From Folioceros fuciformis (taxonomy: Eukaryota): DNA of 64,000 nucleotides. The stretch lies in NCBI GenBank assembly GCA_049999805.1, contig JBNGIO010006231.1, positions 198,451-262,450 on the forward strand, read 5' to 3'. Under the pieces are notes generated by a model. That model saw only the letters and a list, made by a program, of their open reading frames with translations, was not told the DNA's origin and searched no databases. A program made the translations under genes and the position numbers. Shown here piece by piece: positions 14,301-25,637 of this stretch (positions are counted from its first letter, which is position 1; each line of letters begins with the position of its first letter).

Positions 14301-15310
14301 AAAGCCTTCTGAAAGGCCCGCGCCCAAAGGGTTGGTTAAAAAGTTGCGAAGCGTTTGACTGTTTGTCTGTTCCACAACACAGGAAAGTAGAACACACAGC
14401 ACTTTCACATGATTTGTAACTACTGATGTCATCGTCCTTTTGATGGATGCATCAGGTTTGAATGGCCCAATCCAGAGCAGCCTCTTGTCTTTATAGATTG
14501 TCCAGATGGCAAAGAGGAAAGCACACCTCTTGGAAACTCTTGGTTCAACCGTTTTGAGGCATTGCAGGTAGACCACCTTTCGGGTTATTGAGGTTCCATA
14601 GATGTGGTTGCTACTTTGACACATAGATGTATCACCTAGGGTCTTGTATACAACGGCCCGCCCTGTTACAGATTGACATTGGAGTCGTAATGTTGTGCAT
14701 CTCAGGTTGTGAAAGCTGTCGAGCTTGTACTATGCGGGGGTGACATTGATGGTGCACAGTTGGAGGTGGGCGTGATCGCTCCATATAGTGCTCAGGTGAT
14801 TTGACTCTGTCAGTTTGATGTGTCTGTGTGTGACAGTCACGGCTCTGTACTGAGTACAATGCCCTGTAATTGTTTTTAGGTCAGACTATTGCAAGATCTC
14901 TTCCTTTCAGCTGAAGGTGAGGAAAAGGGCAAATACTCAGGACTGGAAGTGAAGACTGTTGATGGTTTTCAAGGACGAGAGAAGGAGGTACAGATCTATA
15001 TCCAGCAATACGTTTCTCGACTTCTCGGTGAAAGGTGTCTTGAGAGCAATCTCGTTGCTGGGGAAAAATCAGTGAGCAGGCATTGACTACTTGGCCCCTT
15101 TTGCAGGTGATCGTTTTGTGCACAGTGCGGTCTAATTTGGGAGGGAAGTTAGGCTTTGTTACGGATCCACGCAGAATGAACGTTGCGTTGACACGAGCCA
15201 AAAGAGGGGTGATTGTAATCGGCAACGCTCAAACCTTAGTGTCGAATCTGTTCTGGGCTTCATGGCTTAAGCAGCTGAAAAAGCAGAAACTCGTTGTGAC
15301 CAGTGGCTGA
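11312..15310 (+). CDS. Superfamily 1 Upf1/IGHMBP2(Hcs1)-like helicase without the Upf1 CH zinc domain, multi-exon
   Basis: Spliced exons give QGPPGTGKT, ADSNVAVDNL, IDEATQ, VGDPAQLPP, QYRMHP, TVDGFQGREKE and RMNVALTRAK. The N-terminal exon includes RLQTWSKQRLQDEG. Confidence 0.9.
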
Positions 15311-15957
15311 CATGAGAGGGTGATGATAGTGTGTACCATATTTAGGGTTTTGCATGATCACTGGCTTTGCTTTTTATCATCTACTTCCAGAAATGTTCTC
15401 CACTCGTGGCCCTCCGCAGGGATCGACAAAGGTCAAGTCTACAGAGAAAAGTGGTCCGAGTCAGAGAAGAAGAGACGAGTTGCAACATCTGTTTTCCTTG
15501 TTTCCAGGACGTTATGTTAGATGGTATCGGCCACACATTCAGCTTCATCCCACAGATGAGTATCCTACTTGTACGAGGAGGAAGCCAGGAGCGGAGGTGA
15601 GCACGGTGCAAACCATTCCTGGCAACAGCCAACTGCCGGAAACAGCCATCCTTGTGTCTCTGTGGCTCTCTAGCAGTTAGACCGTGAGGCTGCATTGGCT
15701 GCCAACCCGTGTCATCCCCTGGAAGACAAAGGGCTGACATGACTGCCCCGATTGGTTGTTGGCCCGCACAGTGCTATTCCTACCTCAAGCAGCGCGAAGT
15801 GTCTTCATTTGGTGCAGGCAGGCTGCAGCCTTGGCTGCCGCGTTCTCATGCTTCCCAAGAAGGCACTGTAGATCTCTCCACCCACTCTGGGGGCTTGTCA
15901 CTTATAGCTGCAACGAGCAAAGCAGGCGCGCACAAGAAAGCGGGTGCGTCTCCCGGG

Positions 15958-18075
15958 TCACCCGTCCGTGGCGTTGGTGGGAGAGAAGGGACGAGAGCCA
16001 GGCTGGACGCACATGCACTCGGGACAGCGAGGGTACCGGTACACGCTGCGAGCCTTGGGCCGGACGTCCGTGCGTCTGGTCTGACGCACTGAGGTGCGGA
16101 CACGATCCCGGAACTCCTCCCATTCAATAGTAGCGCTATGCGAGAAGATGGCCGCCAGCCGCTTCTTGTTGGGCCGGATGGTAGGCTTCTTCCCTCCCCC
16201 ATGGTACAGCCGCTGCCCCGTCACCAGGGACGCCAGCTGACTCCCGGAATCGGACATGGCGAACACATCCGCAGCCACACAGGCTAGGAAATCCAGCGCC
16301 GCCAGCTGTGAGTTGTGGCTCTTGAAGGGCGACAGCTCGTCGGCCGTGAGCAGCTCCTCCTTGGTCACCACATTGGGGTACATGCTGGTGAGCGCAGCCA
16401 TCCTTGAAGTTCCCCCGTACATGCTGGCTCCTGCCAGAAATATGCGTGTCCTGCGCTTGAATCCAAGAGCCGCCAGCATCACCACCGTCTCCTCCGGACT
16501 CAGCGGGCACCAACCCAACTCCCTCCGCTTCGCCGCGGACAACCTCTTCTGGTTCTGCTCGAAATTCGGCGCCGCTGGAAAATGCAGCTCCCGGAAGGCC
16601 TCCAGCTCCTTCCTCTCGCTCTCCCCGCCCCCGAATTCACACCGGGAGTGCGCCACCATGTCAATCTCGAACCTGAGGTGCAGCCCCAAGTACTTCACTG
16701 GCCTGGTTTCCGAGTAGGAAGAATCCCCAACCACATCCCAGCTCTGGTTCCCCCACCGTGGATCCTGGTAGCTCCGAATCCTGCCGATCAAAAGCTCGGA
16801 CGTGGCCAGCAGCCGAGGCACAAACCTCAGGGCGTGAAAATTGCATCGGCACCGCAGCCTCTGAACCTCGAACGGGATGGGGTCGAAGGCAAGCCGGTTC
16901 CCAAAGCCCTGGAGATGCACAACCCGATTCTTGAGCAGGATGGGGAGGATGCGGTTCAGATAGAAGCTGGGCTTGGCCTCCTTCTCGATGTCGAGATCTG
17001 TCACCAGGCTCCCCATGGCAGCAAGGTCCAGCGATCGGAGCTCCACCGGAAGCTCCTTCACAATGTGCACATCCTCCTTGAGGTACTCCATGAAGTAGTC
17101 TTCCTCGTAGATGTCCCCGAACTGGCTGTCATCCATCCACACGCTGTTGAAGAGAAACACAGGAAGAACCAGGGTTGCGTTCAGCAACCGTGCCACAGCC
17201 ACGGAATTGCACACCGTCACACGCTGCTGGTTGAGCCCGCCATTAGCACTCACCATAATGTACCCACTGCTGCTTGAACGATCCACAGGTGGGGGATAGT
17301 CTGCACTCTTCTCGTCAGCACAGGGCTTCCACGCACCAGCCTCCACCGGCTCCTCCCACAGATCCTCCGCCTCCATCTCCGACTCTGCCTCCGCCAGCGC
17401 GTGGGCCGCCAGAGCTAGCACTCTCTCATACATAACCCCGGTATGTTCCTTCCCCTGCTCGACCCTGCTCCACTGTCCATCTAACCTGGTGGTGGAATAC
17501 ACAAAGCTCTCCCCCGCATCGTCCCCACCCTGCCGACGCAGATAGCCCAGAGCCAACCAGTCACACACGAAGAAGACGACGATGAACAGGGACACCAGCA
17601 CCATCACCTTCGCCGCCTTCCTGTGAAACGCCCGCCTCTTCCTAGGATTCACCCCCTCTGAGTCCAGCCCCCGCAGGCTGAAGCTGCTTTGCGTCCGAAG
17701 CAGTTTCTTCCTGGACGTCTGAGACACCATGGTCCCCGAGGATTCCGGCGAGGCCAGCATGACGACACTCCCAGATCCAGTCCCCGTGCTGGAAGGAGAC
17801 GTCAGGCTCGATACCCCGTCGTGGAATTTCCCCGTCCTGCTGCGCGCGATGGACGGGGATCGAACCAGCGTGCTGCTTCCTGGTGAAGGGGAGGAATTCA
17901 GCCTGGCCCAGGCCCCGGAGTCCAGGGACTGCGCGTGCTCCAAGGGCGGCCATCTCGGCTGCCGGCTAGGACTCGGGGTCAGGCTGCCCTGAAACGATGA
18001 CCCACTTCTCTGCCTGGTGAGGGAGGTCGGCGGAAACCGTGGTGGAGATCCCTGCCGATCGTCGCCTGTGGCCAT
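15958..18075 (-). CDS. GT106 / O-fucosyltransferase-family Golgi glycosyltransferase (FRB1/RRT-like), intronless, 705 aa
   Basis: Ser-rich N-terminal tail, one TM helix, then WKPCAD, ANGGLNQQR, LRCRCNFHALRF, LHLRFEIDM, CPLSPEE and AALDF. Confidence 0.92.
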   Translation of the reverse strand: MATGDDRQGSPPRFPPTSLTRQRSGSSFQGSLTPSPSRQPRWPPLEHAQSLDSGAWARLNSSPSPGSSTLVRSPSIARSRTGKFHDGVSSLTSPSSTGTGSGSVVMLASPESSGTMVSQTSRKKLLRTQSSFSLRGLDSEGVNPRKRRAFHRKAAKVMVLVSLFIVVFFVCDWLALGYLRRQGGDDAGESFVYSTTRLDGQWSRVEQGKEHTGVMYERVLALAAHALAEAESEMEAEDLWEEPVEAGAWKPCADEKSADYPPPVDRSSSSGYIMVSANGGLNQQRVTVCNSVAVARLLNATLVLPVFLFNSVWMDDSQFGDIYEEDYFMEYLKEDVHIVKELPVELRSLDLAAMGSLVTDLDIEKEAKPSFYLNRILPILLKNRVVHLQGFGNRLAFDPIPFEVQRLRCRCNFHALRFVPRLLATSELLIGRIRSYQDPRWGNQSWDVVGDSSYSETRPVKYLGLHLRFEIDMVAHSRCEFGGGESERKELEAFRELHFPAAPNFEQNQKRLSAAKRRELGWCPLSPEETVVMLAALGFKRRTRIFLAGASMYGGTSRMAALTSMYPNVVTKEELLTADELSPFKSHNSQLAALDFLACVAADVFAMSDSGSQLASLVTGQRLYHGGGKKPTIRPNKKRLAAIFSHSATIEWEEFRDRVRTSVRQTRRTDVRPKARSVYRYPRCPECMCVQPGSRPFSPTNATDG

Positions 18076-18404
18076 TTCATCTCAGACCCGCCCGCAAACA
18101 TGACCTTCACCAGCTCTCACCTGGCTAATCGCCCCAGATTCACTGCACTGCGGCTCTTGCAGGTTTCCGATCTGAGGAGGAGACCACCCAATTCCGCGGC
18201 GTCATTGCATCGGATTTGCAACGATCCCGCCTTACATTCGCCTGGCCTCCACTGACAATACGTCCAGGATGACCTAATACCGAAATGGGGTGGATTCCTT
18301 ATTTAGTTTGTTTACCACCTACGGTATATATGTACTGTATGATGCCTGCAGATCAGTGATGAGTAGATAGCGGGTACGAGAGACTTGCTTTTCCTTTCCG
18401 CGCG

Positions 18405-20105
18405 ATGGCCCGCACGGTGGCTGTCGTAGTGCAGGAGAGGGAGGGTGGTGAGGAGAAATTGCAGACGGTGAAGATGAAGAGAAAGGCTGAGCTCGAGCAG
18501 GGTTTGGCACACGTTGAGAATGGAGAAAGCAAGGAGATTCAGAACGGGAGCCATGTGCCGAAGCCTCGAAAGAAGCCGAGGAAGGGCAAGAAGCATGAAG
18601 CTGGCGAGGATCGGGCTGCGGAGGAGCCGAGGGTTGAGAATAAAACAGCTGACGTTGTGTCGGCTAGGGGAGACGACGAGAAAGTGGTAGAGAAGAAGAA
18701 GGAGAGGAGGAGGAGGAAGGAGAAACAGAATGGGGGTGGTGATGTGCAAGGCGCGGCGGCTAGGGCTTCGTGCACCCCGTCGGGTGGGAAGGGAAAGGAT
18801 GATGCTTTCGTGTCCGTGTCTGGATCTGGCAGTGAAGGCGTGAAGCCGTATGCTTCCTTTGATGAGGCTAAGGTGGCGAAAAACATCATGGACTGCTGCA
18901 AGGGGTTTGAGAAGCCGTCTCCTATACAGTCGTATGCTTGGCCATTTTTGCTGGCAGCGAGGGATTTTATTGGCATCGCTGCTACGGGGTCGGGAAAGAC
19001 TCTTGCTTTCGGGGTGCCTGCTATGGACCATGTGCTGAAGAAGGGCACCGGGTACGCGCAGAACAAGCCCCTTTGCCTTGTGCTTGCTCCGACTCGTGAG
19101 CTTTGCCAGCAGATTGCTGCGGTGCTGGATGCTGCGGGACGAGTTTGCCAGGTTAAGGTTGCCTGTGTTTATGGAGGGGCTTCGAAGGGATCGCAAATCA
19201 AGGCCTTGAGGGATGGTGCCACCGTGGTTGTGGCCACTCCTGGTCGGTTGCAGGATCTCGTGCAAGAGGGGCGTTGCTCCTTGGAGCAGGTTTCGTTTGT
19301 GGTGTTGGATGAGGCAGATCGTATGCTAGATCTGGGGTTCGAGCCTGCCATCCGTGCTATTGTTGGCATGACATCCAAGCTTCGGCAGACTGTCATGTTT
19401 AGTGCAACCTGGCCTCTGGTAGTGGATCAACTTGCCAGGGAATTCATGGAGGATCCAAGCCCCATCAAGGTGATGATCGGGTCCCAGGACCTGTCAGCGA
19501 ATCATGATGTCACCCAAATCGTGGAGGTCCTGGACTCAAATGCCAGAGATGCTCGCCTGGAGTCCATCTTGCACCGGTATCACAAGAGTCGCAAGAATCG
19601 CATCATCGTTTTCGTTCTCTACAAGAAGGAGGCAGCCCGGGTGGAGGCGTTCCTGCACAGGAAAAACTGGAAGGTGGCTGCTATCCACGGAGATAAGGAT
19701 CAACAGGGGAGGAATCGGGTTGTAGCATCCTTCAAGGACGGAACATGCCCACTGTTGATTGCCACTGATGTGGCTGCCAGAGGCCTTGACATCCCTGATG
19801 TGGAGTACGTCATCAACTACAGCTTCCCCCTTACCACAGAGGATTACGTCCACCGTATTGGCCGCACTGGCAGGGCTGGCAGGAAGGGGACTGCCCACAC
19901 TTTCTTCACCCATGCCGACAAGGGTCGTGCTGGAGAGCTCATGAACGTGCTGAGGGAGGCAGGACAAGCCATCCCTGAAGAGCTCCTCAAGTTTGGCACA
20001 CACGTGAAGAAGAAGGAATCCAAACTCTATGGCGCCCACTTCAAAGAGATCACCGCCGATGCCCCTAAGGCTTCCAGGATCACATTCGATTCTGATGATG
20101 AGTGA
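18405..20105 (+). CDS. DBP3: DEAD-box RNA helicase of the DBP3/RH5 type, intronless
   Basis: Lys-rich N-terminus, Q motif PSPIQ, ATGSGKT, PTREL, DEAD, SAT, HRIGRTGRAG and the C-terminal KKKESKLYGAHFK..ITFDSDDE typical of DBP3. Alternative ATG at 18473. Confidence 0.93.
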   Translation: MARTVAVVVQEREGGEEKLQTVKMKRKAELEQGLAHVENGESKEIQNGSHVPKPRKKPRKGKKHEAGEDRAAEEPRVENKTADVVSARGDDEKVVEKKKERRRRKEKQNGGGDVQGAAARASCTPSGGKGKDDAFVSVSGSGSEGVKPYASFDEAKVAKNIMDCCKGFEKPSPIQSYAWPFLLAARDFIGIAATGSGKTLAFGVPAMDHVLKKGTGYAQNKPLCLVLAPTRELCQQIAAVLDAAGRVCQVKVACVYGGASKGSQIKALRDGATVVVATPGRLQDLVQEGRCSLEQVSFVVLDEADRMLDLGFEPAIRAIVGMTSKLRQTVMFSATWPLVVDQLAREFMEDPSPIKVMIGSQDLSANHDVTQIVEVLDSNARDARLESILHRYHKSRKNRIIVFVLYKKEAARVEAFLHRKNWKVAAIHGDKDQQGRNRVVASFKDGTCPLLIATDVAARGLDIPDVEYVINYSFPLTTEDYVHRIGRTGRAGRKGTAHTFFTHADKGRAGELMNVLREAGQAIPEELLKFGTHVKKKESKLYGAHFKEITADAPKASRITFDSDDE

Positions 20106-20653
20106 GCTCTGCTCCGAGTGTAGTTTCTACACGTGAACTCCGTTATGCTGTCGGTAGAGGAACTTCATAGCTTTCACTCTCGGAGCTCAGCTCTGCGTGT
20201 GTCAGCAAGAATTTTGGCGTGTTCCCGGATTGCGTCATTACTCCAAGAGGAATCTACAAGTCGAACCTCTCTAATTGGGACCAATTGGGAGTACCTTCGG
20301 TGGGGTCCCGTTTTACTTAGTAAACAGTAAAACCCTCATAGTAAATCCCATACTTCAGCTTCCTCTTCGACACTGCTCGTCGACAAGCCTTGTTTTAGAA
20401 TTCCACTGCACTGAAGTGCAATGGAAGGCCGACGGACCCTGAAATCCATTTGTCTCCGGTGTCAGGCCGCGCTAGGCAGACCCGAGACATCGGAGGCCAA
20501 CCAAATGAGGTGTCACCGATCACATTCGATGTCTCGCAGAAATCTAACACTCGCACAAACCAATGTGATGGCATCAGCAGAAACACTGCTCGAAAAATTA
20601 TCTACAGTGCATTGAAATGGACGTTTATCCTCCAGCCTCCTGCAGAGAATGCC

Positions 20654-21850
20654 TCACAGAAGAGAGGTGGAGGTTCGAGGAATGACACCTACGCGGATGC
20701 GATGCCAGGAATTGTTGAGCACGCCTCTCAAATTCCAAATGCTCCCAACGTCGCTGGGCTGGACATTGGCCGCGCTATCCACTGCCTTGGCAACAATCTC
20801 AGTGGGAGCGTTGATGGGTACAAAAATCTCCCACAGAACCCAAGCCCACTTATCCTGATCCGGATCATCCACGACGTACGGGTGAGGCCTGTCCTGCGGC
20901 AATCGGGTGGCCTCCAGCCAATTGCTGCCCCCGTCTACAGAGACATCGACGCGCTCAATCCCTCGCCCGCCTCCAGACACCGCGTAGCCAGCGATCCTCA
21001 TGGAGCTACCCTGCTCTATCGCGGTGCCATCTGGAGGGACGCAGATTGCACACTGCACAGGAAAATCCATGATGGGTCGCCGGGTGGTCCAGTCCACGTT
21101 CCCCCAATCCACCGAGGGAGGGAACATCTTGTAATCCCGCTGCATGAAGAATCCTTGGCACTCCCGCTCCGTCACCTCCACACTCTTGAGCCACTTCACA
21201 GACCGAGCCCCGATCACGCCCGGCACCACCACCCGCAGTGGGAATCCGTGGTCTCTGCTCAGCACCGCCCCGTTCATCTCGTATGCCAGCAGCACGTCCG
21301 CGTCGGGGGAGGTGGCCTGCAGAAGCGGGATGGATGAACGGTACGCCCCGCCATCCTCCTCCTTGCACGCGTCCACGCTCACAAACTCCACATGCCGCCC
21401 GCCCTGCCTGGTGGTCTGAGAACTTGGCGCAATCCCCGTCATGGCCAAAACGTCCGACAGCCTGGCCCCGCCCCACTCCGCGGTCCCCAGCGCTGCCATC
21501 CCCCACCCAACACCCTTCACTTTGCGCACTTCGCTCATCTCCGTGCGCCGGTTGCCCGCGCACTGCAGAGTCACCACCACCGTGTGCTTGGGGAGCTCCG
21601 CCAGGTCCTGCAGCGAGAGCCGCAGCTCCCGGGGCAGGAGCCCTCGCACCTGGAGCTCCCAGGACTGCGGGTCGTCGAGAACGGGGATCGGTCCATGGTT
21701 GCGCTTGTAGAAGAAATGCTCTGGTGTGATATACTTGTCCACCAGGGACGGCGGGCGGGGCTCCGCATTGAAAGGCTGCGCCGAGTTGATCTGCAGATCA
21801 GGGTGTCGCTCCGGCTCTGCCTCATACGTCTTGGGCCCGACTAGCGACAT
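20654..21850 (-). CDS. SO: Plant (heme-less) sulfite oxidase, Moco enzyme, intronless
   Basis: Motifs PFNAEP, FYKRNHGPIP, TLQCAGNRR (Mo-ligating Cys), DHGFPLRVVVPGVIGARSVKWL and WNLRGVLNNSWHR. C-terminus is SLL. ATG at 21850. Confidence 0.95.
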   Translation of the reverse strand: MSLVGPKTYEAEPERHPDLQINSAQPFNAEPRPPSLVDKYITPEHFFYKRNHGPIPVLDDPQSWELQVRGLLPRELRLSLQDLAELPKHTVVVTLQCAGNRRTEMSEVRKVKGVGWGMAALGTAEWGGARLSDVLAMTGIAPSSQTTRQGGRHVEFVSVDACKEEDGGAYRSSIPLLQATSPDADVLLAYEMNGAVLSRDHGFPLRVVVPGVIGARSVKWLKSVEVTERECQGFFMQRDYKMFPPSVDWGNVDWTTRRPIMDFPVQCAICVPPDGTAIEQGSSMRIAGYAVSGGGRGIERVDVSVDGGSNWLEATRLPQDRPHPYVVDDPDQDKWAWVLWEIFVPINAPTEIVAKAVDSAANVQPSDVGSIWNLRGVLNNSWHRIRVGVIPRTSTSLL

Positions 21851-22088
21851 GCTTGCTCTGGGTTCTGCTCTTGCTGTTTCCCTCGCCTCCAAGCTTCCCA
21901 AGCAAGCCCGGTGGCAGAAAGCCAAGCACCGGAAATCCCGACAACATCACACCACGTGGCTCAGCCGTCCAGGCCGTCAGGTGTTCCTGGCCAATGCCCC
22001 AGAATACACAATTGTGCCGACCGAAAATCACAGCCGCAGTGAGGAACAATTTCTAGGGCAGTCGGCGGATTTGGCAAAGCAGTCTAGT
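21851..22088. promoter_or_regulatory. Short (238 bp) head-to-head region between SO and CSA, containing CACGTGGC at 21953-21960
   Basis: Divergent start codons at 21850 and 22089, with a G-box/ABRE between them. Confidence 0.5.
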
Positions 22089-24370
22089 ATGCTGCTACGC
22101 AGACTGAAGGAGCGAGAGGTGGGTCGGGCTCCGGGTCTGCACCTTCCCCGCCAAGTTCGGGCCGCCGGGACGGACAGCCTCGCTCTCAGCAAGCGCAAGG
22201 ATGTTGTATCCAAGCATAATGGCGGGGTGAATTGTCTTCAGGTTTGTAATCCATGCATGCTGACAAACCTCGTCGTGCCCTCTTGTTGCTTTTTCTTCGT
22301 GCTCTTGTATGTTCTCCCGCTCATGGGTGCAGGTCTCCTCCTGACCGCAGGTGGATTTGACAGAATCACGATATCTGCTGTCGGGTGCGTCGGATGGGTC
22401 TCTCGCCCTGTGCGACACTTTTCAGGCCAGCTGCTATGATGGAGAGGCAGATTGTGAACGACATGAACCCCTCATTACCGTCGGGAGGGGCTCCAAGCAA
22501 GGGCACAAGTATGCTGTGTCATGTGTGCAATGGTACCCTATTGACACGGGTCTGTTCGCTTCCGGCTCCTTCGACCAAAAGATCAATTTGTGGGATACCA
22601 ACACCGTTGAGGTGAGCAGCACATGTCAGGTGTTGGTTTCTCAGGTATGGGTTTTACAGACTCGAAGGTCATGTCTAAGGGCATGTTTGCACATGGGTAG
22701 GTGGTTCTCCACTTCAAGTTTCCTGGGAAGGTTTATGCCATCGAAATGTCTGCCATGGCTACATCGCATACCTTACTCGCAGCTGGCACAGAGAGCCCGC
22801 AAGTGCGTCTCTGTGATTTGAGCTCTGGTGCTTTTACGCACACTCTGTCAGGTCACCGAGGTACTACCAGTTTGCCTGTGGTTTGATAGTCTTGACATCG
22901 TGTACAGACATTCAGTGGCTTCTGACATCTGCTCTTTCTCTGTGGTCCCTCCAGACGGGGTTTGGGCTTTGCAGTGGTCTGCGTCCTCAGAATGGCTGCT
23001 CTACACCGGTAGCTGCGATGGCGCAGTCCGTGTCTGGGATATTCGTCGCGCCGGCTGCCTCCAGGTCCTAGACCAGCAGAAAACTCAAACTGGGCGCAGG
23101 CCACCAATTTTCAAGAAATCAGTCGCGAGATCCCCGTCGGTAAGAATGTGTCTGCCAATCTTTTGTGGCCATGTGGGGAACTTCTTCAAACGCATGATCC
23201 ACAATTCTGAGTACGACTCATTGACTCGCCCTTGTGCTCAGGCGTACAGTATACCCTCGGGAACCAGTGCCATGGACGTGGAAAGACACAGAGTACCAAG
23301 GATGTCAGGCTCTCGTTGTAATACGATCAATGGATTTAAAAAGAAGGAACTTGAATCACATAGGCAGCATCCAGGCACGGCTCGTATCGCTGATCGTTCA
23401 ACATCCCACAATGGGGAAGTGGTAGCTCTGCAAACTACACCAGACGGAATGAGTTTGTTCAGTGCAGGTAATCGTTGGTTTGCTGTCGACTGGAGTACCA
23501 TTGAAATGCAAATCTATCTTTGCCACTTCATCACACAGAAGCCGTATTGTTGTTTTGTGTAGGTACGGACTCACGCGTCAGGCTGTGGGATCTTGACTCG
23601 AACTGCAATACACTGGTCAATTACGAAAAAACTTCCATCTCTTCCCGTAAGGGAACGCATCTAGCTGTCGCCCTCGATGCCTCTTTAGTGTATGTTCCTA
23701 AGGCAAGCACGATCCAAGTAAGTGTTGTTCACATCCCAAATTCCACCTGGGTGCTTTCTTGTCCACCTAGAATACCAAGCGCACATGGTAAGGATAGATT
23801 GCCTTTGGAAGCCGTGGCGGCTCTGTCTGCGTGAACAGTGCCCCTTTTGTGTACCCTTTGCCCTGTCTACTACCTCTTCTTATGTGTGCTTGATATTTCT
23901 AGGTGCATGATATCTGGACTGGGAAGGTTCGGTCAATTCTGAGGGGCCATTACGACCAAGTCAATTGCTGTGTATTCGGACTGGATGACCAGGTCAGATC
24001 TCACAATCATGTGTTGGTGTATGTGATGGGGGAAGCATCAGTATGCTGGTTCTTTTAGTGCGTGTGCTTGTTGCAGTAACTCTCGCTTTACTCTGTCCAG
24101 GAGCTCTTTAGTGGAGGTAGTGATCGTCGAATTCTTGTCTGGAGACCTCCCTATAGGGACATATTAGAGGTACCACTTCCCACTAGTTCTTGGTGTTTGC
24201 ATATTCCAGGTGACAGGCGACAACATGAACAACAGTGAAAACCGTTCATCCCTATATTACAAGTGTCACGTTGAGTAATCACCCCGACTTTGATTTATTT
24301 TCTGTAGGAGGAAGGCGAAGCAGTTGGACGTTCTGGGGTCCTCCCGGATGTGGACTCCTGGAGTGACTGA
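22089..24370 (+). CDS. CSA: Cockayne syndrome A / ERCC8-like WD40 protein (CUL4-DDB1 receptor), multi-exon
   Basis: MLLRRLKEREVG, HNGGVNCLQ|VDLTESRYLLSG, QWYPIDTGLFASGSFD, HTLSGHR, VRVWDIRRAG and C-terminal DVDSWSD*. Confidence 0.92.
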
Positions 24371-25613
24371 TGGAAGGTGGATGATCGATCGAGTGCATTC
24401 CAGTCGGAAATGAACAGCTGAAGGCACAGGATGGGATTACTTTACAGAGTAAAGGTACAGGGAGCCTCAGACCTTACCTGACTCTTGACCCCGTTTGGTC
24501 ACCATCTGGCAGACGAGAAGACGAGGAAGGAACAGGGAGCGGAAGCTGGTAGCTCTTCTAACCTTAGCTTTCTCTCTCTCTCTGCTAGGCTCTCCTTCCT
24601 TTTCCCTCCCTCTCTTCCATCGATGAAGTTGGGTATGTCCACGTTTGCTTTGTATGTATGGACTCCTGACCAGAGGCCGTTGTTCTCGTTTGCTCTGCAG
24701 TGTGGTCATAGGTACCTCAGAGGTCGTGGAGAACGCAGTTTCCGTTATCTTGTGAACGGTTCTGGCGCTTTCACGGTGAAGGAATTGGATCAATTAAGTT
24801 CATGCTATGCCGAATTGTGAGGCTCAAAAGGAAAGGGAGGTTGTGGTTGGCCAACGACTGTTCCTGGCAAGTGAACTTGCCCAGGATTGTATTAATGGGT
24901 GACTGATCTTATCAATTCATTCACTGGCAAAACCTGCATGTGCGAATTAAACCCTCCCAACAGTGGGAACTAGCGACTTCGGAATCAATTGAAGTCCGCT
25001 AACAACGGATTTTGCCGAGAGATTGGACCGTTGAGCATGCCTCACTCGTCTAGTCCAGTCCTCCGTCCCTCCTTACCTACGAATGACAAACTGGCCGTTG
25101 ATCGGCCCGAGATATCTACAGTTTCCTTCGGGAATTTATGTGCATTCCGTTTGCCACCCGCTGTACCCATGGAAGATATGTGCAAAGACCACCCACAGAA
25201 TATGTCGATGGAAGTGATCACTCCAGTAACTCATGGGTCAACGACAGTTTCACCAAGGGCTTATCCTATTGGGGAGCACGATATGTGTGTGGGCACTCCT
25301 GGATGATGCATGATGTCCGATATTGCAGGTGAGATGAGCTCTTCAACAGTTGCACAGCCCGGGTTGTCATCCCAAATGTTCTTGTCAAGCAGACAAATCT
25401 CTGAATGGGTCATCAGTGTCAACTCTTCAGGCCCCTGGGCATAGAGCAAGGCTAGCAACAGAAGATGGTCATCTAAATTACAGGAGACAGCTTGGTGTAC
25501 TCCTAACATACAGACAGGAAGCGACATTCGAAACAAACCCGCAGAACTTATTACTGTCTTGTGTAATCACTGGGTAGCTTGTTAAGACCCCGAGCATTAG
25601 TCAGCGTCTCCAT

Positions 25614-25637
25614 TTTAGGGTTTAGGGTTTAGGCCCA
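25614..25637. promoter_or_regulatory. Interstitial telomere-type repeat (TTTAGGG x ~3, telo-box) abutting a site II motif (GGCCCA)
   Basis: Sequence TTTAGGGTTTAGGGTTTAGGCCCA is seen directly. Confidence 0.55.

Noticed and set aside
18312..19265. 317-aa ORF antisense to DBP3, and similar ORFs over the SO, GT106 and PPR genes
   Set aside because: These are antisense or alternate-frame shadows of GC-rich coding sequence with no recognisable domains.
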